A stretch of DNA of 64,000 bases from Anaerolineales bacterium. GTDB lineage: Bacteria; Chloroflexota; Anaerolineae; Anaerolineales; E44-bin32. The DNA is taken from assembly GCA_034417075.1 (NCBI GenBank), contig DAOULU010000038.1, positions 15,766 through 79,765 of the forward strand, written 5' to 3'. The translations under genes and the position numbers were made by a program. Below, piece by piece: positions 45,477 through 54,272 of the stretch. How positions within the stretch are numbered: the first letter of the stretch is position 1; each line of letters begins with the position of its first letter. The notes below the pieces were generated by a model. It saw nothing but the letters and a program-made list of their open reading frames with translations. It searched no databases and was not told the origin of the DNA.

Positions 45477-45731
45477 TTGGAGGGGTTGACGTTCCCGGTA
45501 GCCACCTCCTGTTGACGAAAAACCCAGATTGATTCTGAGCCTCGTCGGCGGGGTATCCAGCCCCGCGTGTCTTACGCACACATTATATGAACATTTTTAC
45601 CTTGCAGGGTCTCATTGTAAGTAAGCTGTAAGCAACCCCTACATGCAACACGGGAGGGTTTTTTGTGATCCGGCTTGTGGCGTGATCAGAAAATGTCGTA
45701 GCGCGCTGATAAGGTTTCGAGGTTCTGGTCT

Positions 45732-46565
45732 TTACCGCAGAGAGCGAGGCGTACCGCGCCGCAGCTGGGCCGCATAGTAGCCCAAACCACCTCCAGCTAC
45801 GAGCAGGAGAAGTCCCAGGAAACCGAGCACCGTCGAACGTCCTCCGCCCGAGTCGCCAAGAATATCTCGGATCGCGGAACTCGGCTGTGCACCGAATTGG
45901 ACGTATTTGATTTCACCCGGATTCAACCGAACCGGCAAGCTCATCACCGTTGTCGGATTGTGGTCCGGAGGGACCGCGGCGCTGACGTTGTAATCCCCAT
46001 TATCTAAGTTCGTAAAACAATACCCATCAGCGTTTTCCGGGTCGAGATCCGTCGTATATTCACCGGCGACGACACCATTCACATCCGCGACGCTCACACG
46101 GCCGTCCGCCAACATCCCTTCGAGTTCATCCCGGCTGCCGTTCCCGTTTTGATCCAGGAACATGGCCACGCATATCTCTCCCGAACCCACGATGGGAGTG
46201 GCCGTCGGAGCTTCTACCGTTGGCGTTACATCCGTGAGAGGTTCACTGGTAGAGATGGATGGGCCCGCCAGACCCAATTCCAGCTCCATCCCTGGAGTTA
46301 TGAAGTCACCCGGTTGAAGGCCGTTACGAGAATACAGTTCTTCGACAGTGATTCCCGCAAGCGCTGCGATGGTCCAGGGCGAATCCCCTTCCTGGACGAT
46401 GTAGATAATTCGGCCGTCCCCTCTTGGTGTGGGCGTCATGAAAGATGATTGTGGCAATCCTTGTTCCCCGTATCCGACTTCCAAGGGAATGAAAGCAAAG
46501 ACCAGAACACTGGCGACCAACAATAGTGCGACGAATGAAACGGAACGCTTCAGATGAATGGACAT
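45732..46565 (-). CDS. LysM-domain protein with SdrD-B/Cna-B-like domain and C-terminal TM anchor
   Basis: N-terminal anchor, LysM (YIVQEGDSPWTIAALAGITVEELYSRNGL), the segment DQNGNGSRDELE ... GDYNVSA, and a hydrophobic C-terminus. Confidence 0.8.
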   Translation of the reverse strand: MSIHLKRSVSFVALLLVASVLVFAFIPLEVGYGEQGLPQSSFMTPTPRGDGRIIYIVQEGDSPWTIAALAGITVEELYSRNGLQPGDFITPGMELELGLAGPSISTSEPLTDVTPTVEAPTATPIVGSGEICVAMFLDQNGNGSRDELEGMLADGRVSVADVNGVVAGEYTTDLDPENADGYCFTNLDNGDYNVSAAVPPDHNPTTVMSLPVRLNPGEIKYVQFGAQPSSAIRDILGDSGGGRSTVLGFLGLLLLVAGGGLGYYAAQLRRGTPRSLR

Positions 46566-46722
46566 TGTATTACACTCACGGTTGGATTATAGCGCCTTCG
46601 AGCGCAATGGTGTAGGGGGCAGTCCAGATTCGAACATCGCTGCGTCCGCAGCCCCTAATGCACGGATCGACAAGGAACATGGAGCGGATTCCCATCGTTC
46701 CCTCCCAACTCCACATCCATCG

Positions 46723-46731
46723 TGCTATACT
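46723..46731 (+). promoter_or_regulatory. Candidate extended -10 TGCTATACT for purA
   Basis: It lies 17 nt upstream of ATG 46749, with an AGGTG Shine-Dalgarno in between. Confidence 0.45.
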
Positions 46732-46748
46732 CCCGCAAGAGGTGATGC

Positions 46749-48050
46749 ATGCCACTTGATGTCGTCGTGGGTTCACAATGGGGTGATGAGGGCAAAGGCC
46801 GCATTACCGATCTACTCGCCGCCGAGGCGGACATCGTCGCGCGGTTCAGCGGTGGAGACAATGCCGGCCATAGCGTCACCGTCGGAGATCGACTATACAA
46901 ACTTCATCTCGTGCCCTCCGGCATTGTCCACTCCCATACGACGTGCATGCTCGGATCCGGCATGGTCGTCAATCCAGTCCGGCTGCTCGAGGAAATGGAT
47001 TATCTGGACGCAAACGGCGTTGACATCTCACCCGAGCGCCTGAAAATTTCGAGTGCCGCACACATTATTACGCCATCACACATCGCACTCGACAAGGCCA
47101 GAGAAGCACAGCGTGGAGAGGCCGGTATCGGCACGACCCAACGCGGCATCGGCCCCGCCTACACCGATAAAGCGACTCGCAGTGGCATCCGTGCCGGCAG
47201 CATGGAGAACCCCGAAGAATTCGCCGATCTGATCGAGAAACACACCCAGATCGCAGTGGATATGTTGGAAAAAGTTTTTCACTACCAGGCGCCTGATCCT
47301 GAAGAAGTTGCGCGCGCCTACTGCGATTTCGCCAAACGCCTTCAACCTTACCTGACCGACGTCGGCGCACGGATTGCGGACGCCCTCGATCAGGGAAAAA
47401 ACGTGCTGGCCGAAGGTGCGCAAGGCACGTTGTTGGATCTCGATCACGGCACTTACCCCTTCGTCACCAGTTCCTACCCCACAACAGCCGGCGCACTCAT
47501 GGGACTTGGTGTCGGACCGAAGCACTTGCGCCGTATCATCGGCGTAGCGAAAAGTTTTCAGACCAGAGTGGGTAGTGGGGCGTTCCCCACGGAATGTGAA
47601 GGTGACATCGCCCAGCATTTACGTGGCTCGGGCGATCAGCCCTGGGACGAGTTCGGCACCACGACCGGGCGCCCACGGCGCTGTGGATGGTTCGATGGTG
47701 TTCTGCTGCGGTATGCAGTTCGCATCAACAGCCTCACAGAATTGGCGCTCACCAAACTCGACATTCTCACGGGCCTCGATCCCGTTCAGATTTGCACGTC
47801 ATATCAATACGCCGGCACGAGCCACAACGACTTGCCGGCCGACCCGACCCATCTGGCCGAGTTTTCACCACAATACGAAGCAGCGCCGGGATGGGACGCC
47901 GACATCACCCAAGCCCGACATTGGAACGACTTACCCCAGGAAGCGCAAGCCTACGTCCGTCGAGTGCAAGAAGTAGCCAACACGCCGATCCGCTTGATCT
48001 CGGTTGGTCCGGAACGCGGGCAGGTAATCCAGAACAGCGATGCGTCCTGA
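46749..48050 (+). CDS. purA: Adenylosuccinate synthase
   Basis: GSQWGDEGKGRITD P-loop and GTTQRGIGPAY; 433 aa. Confidence 0.95.
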   Translation: MPLDVVVGSQWGDEGKGRITDLLAAEADIVARFSGGDNAGHSVTVGDRLYKLHLVPSGIVHSHTTCMLGSGMVVNPVRLLEEMDYLDANGVDISPERLKISSAAHIITPSHIALDKAREAQRGEAGIGTTQRGIGPAYTDKATRSGIRAGSMENPEEFADLIEKHTQIAVDMLEKVFHYQAPDPEEVARAYCDFAKRLQPYLTDVGARIADALDQGKNVLAEGAQGTLLDLDHGTYPFVTSSYPTTAGALMGLGVGPKHLRRIIGVAKSFQTRVGSGAFPTECEGDIAQHLRGSGDQPWDEFGTTTGRPRRCGWFDGVLLRYAVRINSLTELALTKLDILTGLDPVQICTSYQYAGTSHNDLPADPTHLAEFSPQYEAAPGWDADITQARHWNDLPQEAQAYVRRVQEVANTPIRLISVGPERGQVIQNSDAS

Positions 48051-48061
48051 CTCGATTCGGG

Positions 48062-48067
48062 TATAAT
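48062..48067 (+). promoter_or_regulatory. TATAAT box 6 nt upstream of ATG 48074 (leaderless candidate)
   Basis: The sequence is gggTATAATcccgacATG, with no Shine-Dalgarno. Confidence 0.4.
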
Positions 48068-48073
48068 CCCGAC

Positions 48074-49375
48074 ATGTTCCGGAATCGACGCACGGCCCTG
48101 GCCGTCGCTCTTGTCACGCCGATATGCTGCATCATTCTCGGGGTATGGGCCTACAATCTCCCCTTCGTACAGGACCGCATCGGCTGGCGCGTTTCCGAGT
48201 TGCGCGCAAAGATCAAATACGCTTTTTCACCGCCCGAGGAAGCCGTGTTCACGCCCAACCCCACGGTCGCCGCTATGGTGCAGGCCACGCTGGATGCCTA
48301 TACGCCGACGGCCCTTCCATCCACCCCCACGGCGACGATCGAGAATAATCCGACCGCCACCATCACGCCCACAGCGACTCCTTCACCCACTCCGATCCCA
48401 GAAAGCGTGCAACTCGGAGGGATCACACACGAATACCAAAAATGGAACAATTGTGGCCCCGCCAACCTATCCATGGCGCTTTCATATTGGGGTTGGGACG
48501 GAGACCAACGCGATACCGCTGCGATCCTAAAACCCAACCAGCGGGATAAAAACGTGATGCCCAGTGAGATGGCGGCGTTCGTGAACGAACATACAGGTTT
48601 AAATGCCCTCGTCCGTGTCGGCGGGAATCTCGAATTGCTCAAACGTTTCATCGCCGCCGGATTTCCCGTCATCATTGAAAAGGGATTCGAGGGCTCCGGT
48701 TTCGATGGATGGATGGGACATTACGAAGTCATCAACGGCTACGACGACTCCCGTGAGCGCTTCACCGTGCAAGACTCCTACATCATGGCCGACCTGCCCG
48801 TCCGCTACGACGCCATGGAAACCTATTGGCAGCACTTCAATTACACCTACATCGTCATTTATCCCCCGTCGGGTGAAAAAACCGTTATGGAGATTCTCGG
48901 TCCGGATGCAGATGAAAATTACAACGTCGAGCACGCAGCCCAAATCGCCTCCGGAGAAATCTACGCAAACGACAAACGCGAACAGTTTTTCGCCTGGTTC
49001 AACCGCGGCGCAAATCTGGTTCATCTACAAGATTACGCCGGTGCCGCTGCCGCCTACGACAATGCCTTTCAGGTCTACGCAGAGATCGACCCCGAGGAAA
49101 CCAATCTTCCCTGGCGCGCCATGTGGTACATGACGGGGGCATACTGGGCATACTACTACACGGGCCGCTATTTCGATGTGTTAAATTTGGCTGACGTTAC
49201 GCTGAACGCGATCTCCGAACAGGTGCTGGAGGAAAGTTTCTATTGGCGTGCCCTCGCCAAGGAAGCGCTTGGTGACACTTCTGGAGCTATCAACGACTTA
49301 CGCACGGCGCTCTCAGCTCATCCGGATTGGGAGCCGGCGCTCTACCAACTCGATCGGCTGGGTGCTGCGCCGTAG
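48074..49375 (+). CDS. Membrane-anchored C39-like (papain-fold) peptidase domain + TPR-like C-terminal region
   Basis: TM anchor and a TPT linker. QKWNNCGPANLSMAL gives a candidate catalytic Cys and WMGHYEVINGYDD a candidate His. The tail is helical-repeat. I rejected the track start at 47687 because it overlaps purA. Confidence 0.65.
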   Translation: MFRNRRTALAVALVTPICCIILGVWAYNLPFVQDRIGWRVSELRAKIKYAFSPPEEAVFTPNPTVAAMVQATLDAYTPTALPSTPTATIENNPTATITPTATPSPTPIPESVQLGGITHEYQKWNNCGPANLSMALSYWGWDGDQRDTAAILKPNQRDKNVMPSEMAAFVNEHTGLNALVRVGGNLELLKRFIAAGFPVIIEKGFEGSGFDGWMGHYEVINGYDDSRERFTVQDSYIMADLPVRYDAMETYWQHFNYTYIVIYPPSGEKTVMEILGPDADENYNVEHAAQIASGEIYANDKREQFFAWFNRGANLVHLQDYAGAAAAYDNAFQVYAEIDPEETNLPWRAMWYMTGAYWAYYYTGRYFDVLNLADVTLNAISEQVLEESFYWRALAKEALGDTSGAINDLRTALSAHPDWEPALYQLDRLGAAP

Positions 49376-49396
49376 CCCTATCGAAGGGAAACCCAA

Positions 49397-50995
49397 ATGA
49401 CGCAGAAAGAATCGCAAGCACTGGAATCTACCGCGCCACGCGGAGACATCGTGCGTTCGACGTTGATCGTCATGGGTGGACTTGCCTCGTCGATCGTAAT
49501 CGGTTTGATCCGCCAACGGATCATCGCCATCACCTTCGGAACCAGTGCGGCGTTGGATGCCTACACGGCGGCCAACAAATTGCCGGAGTTGCTCTTTACC
49601 TTATTGTCGGGAGGCGCACTGGCCTTTGCCTACATTCCGGTCTATCGCGAGATACTCAATCGGGGTAAACCTTCAGAGAGCAACTCACTCTTCAGCCAGG
49701 TAATCAACAACATCCTTCTGCTGACAGGCTGTCTGGCGATCTTCACTGCGCTTTTCGCACACACACTCGTGACCGAATCGTGGGGCATCGCCCCCCATTT
49801 CCCACCCGAAGTGCAGACTTCCACGATAGAATTGATGCGCATCCTACTTCTTTCCACAGTGATTTTCTCAGTCAGCAGCATCCTCACCGGAACGCTCCAC
49901 GCACATCAACATTTCCTCTTACCGGCTATCGCGCCATCGATGTACAGTGGAGGGATTATCGTCGGCGCGCTGGCCCTCGCGCCGTCGATGGGAATATATG
50001 GACTGGCCTGGGGGGCAGTTCTCGGATCGCTGCTGCACTTCATGATCCAACTTCCCGCTCTCTTCACCCGCCGAGTTCGTTGGCGCCTGGCACTCGGCTG
50101 GCACAACCCGACCTTGCACCGGGTTGCCATCTTGATGGCCCCTCGCGTGGTGGATCTCTTCATGGCGCGAGCCAGCATCGATTGGATCAACGCCAACCTG
50201 GGTTCCGGCTTGGGGGAAGGGCGCGTGTCCGCTCTACAGTACGCTTTTCAACTGATGAACACACCATGGACGTTAATCGGCACGGCCATCGGAATCGCAG
50301 TGTTCCCCACGATGGCCGCCCTAGCAGCCGAGAAGGACATTGAGGCACAGCGCCGCGCATTGAGCGGCGCCCTGCGTGCCATCCTCACGCTTGCACTACC
50401 GGCCGCCGTCACCCTCCTCGTACTGGGAAAACCCGTGATCGGAATACTCTTCGAAAGCGGCGAGTTTACCGCTCAAAGCACGGACCTGGTCTACTATGCC
50501 CTACAGTTCTACGCCTTGGCACTAATCAGTCAGTCGACGCTCGAAGTCGTTGTACGTGCCTTCGCCGCACAGCAAGATACACTCACACCACTTATTGTTT
50601 CTTTTTTCACAACCGCGATCAATCTCGGTTTGGCCGTCTGGTTGGCTCGCCCGCGCATCGAAGGCGGTCTGGAACATGGTGGTCTCGCATTGGCCAACGG
50701 CATCGCGGTGGGAATCGAATCCTTGATCGGGCTTACGATCCTGCACGTCCGTTGGCGGGGCATCGATGCACGTCGTATTCTGCTGCATACCGGAAAAGCC
50801 GCACTGGCGTCGATCGTCATGGGAGGCGCCATTTTGCTCTTCAACCACTTGCTCGAACCGGGACGAATGATGCTGCTCCTCGGCGGAGCACTCATCGGCG
50901 CCACTACCTTCGTGGGGGTCGCACTGCTGCTTGGTATCAAAGAAGTTCGCTCGATCCCCGCCGGGATCATCCGCCGTGCACAACGCGTGCAGTAG
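49397..50995 (+). CDS. murJ: Lipid II flippase MurJ (MviN)
   Basis: 532 aa with about 14 TM helices and a typical N-terminus (IVMGGLASSIVIGLIRQRIIAITFGTSAALDAYTAANKLPELLF). Confidence 0.85.
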   Translation: MTQKESQALESTAPRGDIVRSTLIVMGGLASSIVIGLIRQRIIAITFGTSAALDAYTAANKLPELLFTLLSGGALAFAYIPVYREILNRGKPSESNSLFSQVINNILLLTGCLAIFTALFAHTLVTESWGIAPHFPPEVQTSTIELMRILLLSTVIFSVSSILTGTLHAHQHFLLPAIAPSMYSGGIIVGALALAPSMGIYGLAWGAVLGSLLHFMIQLPALFTRRVRWRLALGWHNPTLHRVAILMAPRVVDLFMARASIDWINANLGSGLGEGRVSALQYAFQLMNTPWTLIGTAIGIAVFPTMAALAAEKDIEAQRRALSGALRAILTLALPAAVTLLVLGKPVIGILFESGEFTAQSTDLVYYALQFYALALISQSTLEVVVRAFAAQQDTLTPLIVSFFTTAINLGLAVWLARPRIEGGLEHGGLALANGIAVGIESLIGLTILHVRWRGIDARRILLHTGKAALASIVMGGAILLFNHLLEPGRMMLLLGGALIGATTFVGVALLLGIKEVRSIPAGIIRRAQRVQ

Positions 50996-51063
50996 AAAGC
51001 CACAGAAGAATTGCTCGACCCGCGTCTTCGAAAACAAAACCTGAGCAACGAATGATAAAAAAG

Positions 51064-51096
51064 AGCCACGTTTGGAGACTCGCTCCAAACGTGGCT
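51064..51096 (-). terminator. Intrinsic terminator of the lipoprotein gene (14-bp stem)
   Basis: AGCCACGTTTGGAG-ACTCG-CTCCAAACGTGGCT. On the minus strand it is followed by CTTTTTTAT. Confidence 0.8.
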
Positions 51097-51116
51097 GAGT
51101 TATCGTCCGGGATGGA

Positions 51117-51968
51117 TCAGTCTATGATCCAAAGTTCGATATTATCCATGTTGCAGCGCGTACCGTAACCTGCATTCGTGCCGGACAACAAGGTCAATGC
51201 CAGGTCTCCTTCCTTCATTGCACTATCGATCTGCGTCCGCACCCGCTCGCCATTTACGAAGAAAGTAAAGGAATCCCCTTCCACGACCAACATGATGCTG
51301 GCGCTGCCTTTAGGGATATCCAGATTTCCGTACCACGAATGGCCGAGCCGTTTCCAATTACCCTTGTAGCTTCTTTCGAAGTAGACATTCCCATCCAAAC
51401 CTAAATAAGCCAGGTAATGATTGTCAACGTCCTTCTCGCGGAAGACGAAACCGCACCCGGAGTTGAACCAATTGGCGCTCTCGCTGGCCGAATCCCAACT
51501 GGCGTCGGCGCGAATGACGAAATCGGTAGGAAGTAGAAATGTCGACCAGTACGAGTACCAGTTGATTTGAGCCCACGCCTCAGAAAAGTCGCCCAGTGAA
51601 AAATACGTGCCTCTATCGGTGCTGATGTAATCGTAAGCAGCGAGGTCTACAATCTCGGCATACATCGATGATGCGGCTTGAGTCTTGGCCGCAATTTCCG
51701 CCTGCGCGGTTTCCATTTGGTTGGTTGCCTCCATGATGACGGCCGCTGTTTTCGTTGCGTTTTGATTGAATTCGGCGGTTGTCGTCTTCTCGGCGGCATC
51801 TCCCGTAGCCTTGACACTCTGCTCCGTGCCTGCGACGTCGGTCGCCAATGCGTCGATTACGGCTTGCGTTTCCGCCTCGCTGGTCGCGATTTCCGATTTA
51901 GACGGCCCGCAACCGGCGATTGCAATTGCCATGAGGCCAACGATAACCATCCACTTAAGCGCTTTCAT
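51117..51968 (-). CDS. Lipoprotein with C-terminal concanavalin-A-like/DUF1080-like domain
   Basis: Lipobox IAGC, an AGGAGG Shine-Dalgarno, and a C-terminal pattern (GCGFVFREKD ... YLAYLGLDGNVYFER ... FTFFVNGERV). Confidence 0.7.
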   Translation of the reverse strand: MKALKWMVIVGLMAIAIAGCGPSKSEIATSEAETQAVIDALATDVAGTEQSVKATGDAAEKTTTAEFNQNATKTAAVIMEATNQMETAQAEIAAKTQAASSMYAEIVDLAAYDYISTDRGTYFSLGDFSEAWAQINWYSYWSTFLLPTDFVIRADASWDSASESANWFNSGCGFVFREKDVDNHYLAYLGLDGNVYFERSYKGNWKRLGHSWYGNLDIPKGSASIMLVVEGDSFTFFVNGERVRTQIDSAMKEGDLALTLLSGTNAGYGTRCNMDNIELWIID

Positions 51969-52035
51969 ATTGATATCCTCCTAGTCTCTGCATGAATCCG
52001 CGAAAATCAAGTGCCCAGCAAATTGAACTCTGCGG

Positions 52036-52704
52036 TTATGGACAGAAGCAGACCTTGATCCCTTCATTCGTTCCACAATAGCCATCACAAAATGAACAAT
52101 CCTGCATTATCAAGTTCGTGTTTTCGCACCAAAATACAAAATTGCCATAACACACCCCCGCTTCAGGTATGCCGTGGCAAGAATCGCTGTAGAAATAACC
52201 AGCGCGTGGTTGTGGTCTCGGTGGAGATTCTGCACTAAAGCTTATCACTAGTTTTACCTGCATCTCCTCCAGATCCAAAAGTGCGCCAGCACGAGGGGAT
52301 TGATCCATGACTTCCCACGTCGGTGTGTCGTTGCTTACAACGGCGACGTAGTACCAGGGCAAGCCCAGTCCTTTTAATATTACGGTCGCCTCATTGTAAG
52401 TCAATCCAACCAAATCCGGAACGTAGGCACTGCCTTCCGGCGGTGTTGGCGTCGATGATGGGAGGGGAGTATCGGACGGGGTCGGCGTCTGCGATGCGGT
52501 TGGTGTAATTGTAGGCGTGAAGGTATTTGTGGGTGTGTCCGACGGTCCGGCAAGCTTCGTCGCCGTCATGGCAAGCGCTTCGAACTCCTCCGCCTTTTGC
52601 GTTTCTGCGATCGACGTGGCGATTGCTTCTTCAGACTTTCCGCATGCGCTTAAGAAGCAGAGCATCCCCCCTACGAGAAGTAATTGCTTATACATTTTAT
52701 TCAT
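52036..52704 (-). CDS. Lipoprotein with Thr/Pro linker, PASTA-like domain and Cys-rich C-terminal module
   Basis: Lipobox LSAC, a TPTNTFTPTITPTASQTPTPS linker, a PASTA-like segment (VPDLVGLTYNEATVILKGLGL) and nine Cys residues in the last 55 aa. Confidence 0.7.
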   Translation of the reverse strand: MNKMYKQLLLVGGMLCFLSACGKSEEAIATSIAETQKAEEFEALAMTATKLAGPSDTPTNTFTPTITPTASQTPTPSDTPLPSSTPTPPEGSAYVPDLVGLTYNEATVILKGLGLPWYYVAVVSNDTPTWEVMDQSPRAGALLDLEEMQVKLVISFSAESPPRPQPRAGYFYSDSCHGIPEAGVCYGNFVFWCENTNLIMQDCSFCDGYCGTNEGIKVCFCP

Positions 52705-53001
52705 CTCCTCGCCAAAACAGTGGAACGCAAATGATCAACGCGAAAAACACTTCCCCAAGGTGTTCCACTCAAGTCCGGAATGCTTCACTTTAATGTAATT
52801 GAGGGATTGGTATATTCTTCACCCGAGCGGTATATGAGAATATTACACTACAAAAAATCGATTCGCAAGAATGCATCGACGGTCAACGGCATAATCGCCC
52901 GTCGATGTATGTTTTGCAAGCGGGCACAGCTATTTGGCGAAGTGTATGCGAAGCTGCGCAGAAAAAATTAAAGGGGGTGAGATGTCCGGCGCTATTGTTC
53001 G

Positions 53002-54264
53002 CTATTCCTTTTTATATGGTTGCCCATCTGCAGCGGGCATCCGGGAACGCCCAATTAACCCCGCCAGCACAATCATCGTTGCGATATACGGCGCCATACC
53101 TAACAAATCAACTGGAATGCCTACTTGAAGGATGGATAATTTTTCCTGCCAGGAGTCGAAGAAGCCAAAGATTAATGCCCCCAGGAAAGCACCCCCGGGA
53201 TTCCAATTGCCAAATATCATCGCTGCCAGGCCCAGGAAGCCTTTGCCCGCCGACATTCCTTCATTGAAGCGCCCGGCTGCGCCGATGCTCATGTAAGCAC
53301 CGGCCAAACCGGCGATAGCACCACTTATGAGCACGCTTACGTAGCGTGTGCGAAAAACGTTGATTCCCAACGTGTCGGCCGCTTTGGGGTGCTCACCGAC
53401 GGAACGTGTCCGTAAACCCCAGCGCGTTTGATACATGAGAATCCTTGTGACGATCAGGAGGATAAACAGCGCATAGATAACCGGGCTCTGATTGAAAAGC
53501 AGAGGACCGATCACAGGGATCTTATACAACCCAGGGATGGGAACTGCGGCGATTGCCGATCCGGGTTGGTTTAATTCCGGATAGAGATTGAGTACGGACC
53601 GCTGCAAGTAACTGGTCATTCCCAATGCAAGGATGATAATTCCCGTCCCACTCACAATCTGGTCCACACGGTACTTGATGGACAGCACTCCATGAAGCCA
53701 CCCAAACAGCATCCCCGCCAAAATTCCCGCCAGTACACCGAAGAACAAATTGTTGCTTATGCTTGCAATGACGACTGAAGTAAAAGACCCGATGAGCATC
53801 ATGCCTTCGATGCCGATATTGACAACACCCGAACGCTCACTGTAGAGGCCACTAAGCGCGGCCAATGCAATGGGCGTTGCTCGCACCAGACTGCTTACCA
53901 ACATTCCGGTCAGATTAAGTGATTTTCCTTTTGTAGCCCAAATCAGGAATGCCACAATGATCAGCGCACTTACCAATGCAATTGCGAACGTATCACGCTC
54001 ATCTCTTCGCAGAAGATTCCATATCGCTACAGCAACCACAACGATACCCAAAACCAACAGCGTCGCGCCAGTCGGCAAAACAAGGTCGGGAGCGCTGATC
54101 TCCACACCTGCACGTTGACTCGTAAGCACGAATGTGGATTGCATCTTAAAAGTGCCGCGCATGAAAAAAAGGAAATCCACAATACCCACAAGCAGGATCA
54201 ACGCGCTGACGATGACCTTTCTACGATTGAGGTGATATCTATCGATATTTACTGCAGCCTGCAT
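53002..54264 (-). CDS. ABC transporter permease (BMP/nucleoside-type, second permease)
   Basis: Polytopic, Gly-rich helices. It is the last gene of the SBP-ATPase-permease-permease operon. Confidence 0.8.
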   Translation of the reverse strand: MQAAVNIDRYHLNRRKVIVSALILLVGIVDFLFFMRGTFKMQSTFVLTSQRAGVEISAPDLVLPTGATLLVLGIVVVAVAIWNLLRRDERDTFAIALVSALIIVAFLIWATKGKSLNLTGMLVSSLVRATPIALAALSGLYSERSGVVNIGIEGMMLIGSFTSVVIASISNNLFFGVLAGILAGMLFGWLHGVLSIKYRVDQIVSGTGIIILALGMTSYLQRSVLNLYPELNQPGSAIAAVPIPGLYKIPVIGPLLFNQSPVIYALFILLIVTRILMYQTRWGLRTRSVGEHPKAADTLGINVFRTRYVSVLISGAIAGLAGAYMSIGAAGRFNEGMSAGKGFLGLAAMIFGNWNPGGAFLGALIFGFFDSWQEKLSILQVGIPVDLLGMAPYIATMIVLAGLIGRSRMPAADGQPYKKE

Positions 54265-54272
54265 CGCGCCTC

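Noticed and set aside
45328-45579. 83-aa minus-strand ORF in the 437-nt gap. I also checked this gap for tmRNA, RNase P, SRP or 6S RNA.
   Set aside because: The ORF is Arg/Pro/Gly-rich, lacks a Shine-Dalgarno and runs through terminator-like hairpins. None of the RNA-family hallmarks I know is present: the tmRNA tag and acceptor end, the RNase P GGAAAGTCCGGGC, and the SRP GGAAGCAGCC helix-8 core.
46607-46634. tRNA-3'-end-like sequence on the minus strand (GTTCGAATCTGGACTGCCCCCTACACCA) in the LysM/purA intergenic region. It could be a tRNA gene or an att-site remnant.
   Set aside because: The TTCGAAT loop has no complementary T-stem 5' arm. No acceptor-stem partner or cloverleaf can be drawn from the upstream ~80 nt, and the spacing to the terminal CCA does not fit tRNA numbering. 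No integrase lies nearby. This is most likely chance, though tRNAscan/ARAGORN would settle it.
47687-48073. The 562-aa track ORF (47687-49375) begins inside purA.
   Set aside because: Its first ~129 codons overlap purA in another frame and translate to Arg/Ser/Pro-rich low-complexity sequence. A TATAAT box and ATG at 48074 give a sensible TM-anchored N-terminus.
52780-52971. 63-aa basic plus-strand ORF in the 300-nt gap upstream of the lipoprotein gene and downstream of the ABC operon. The gap also contains a 9-bp inverted repeat, CATCGACGG...CCGTCGATG (52873-52906).
   Set aside because: There is no Shine-Dalgarno and no recognisable motif. The inverted repeat more plausibly acts as the terminator of the convergent ABC operon. 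I have left it unannotated.
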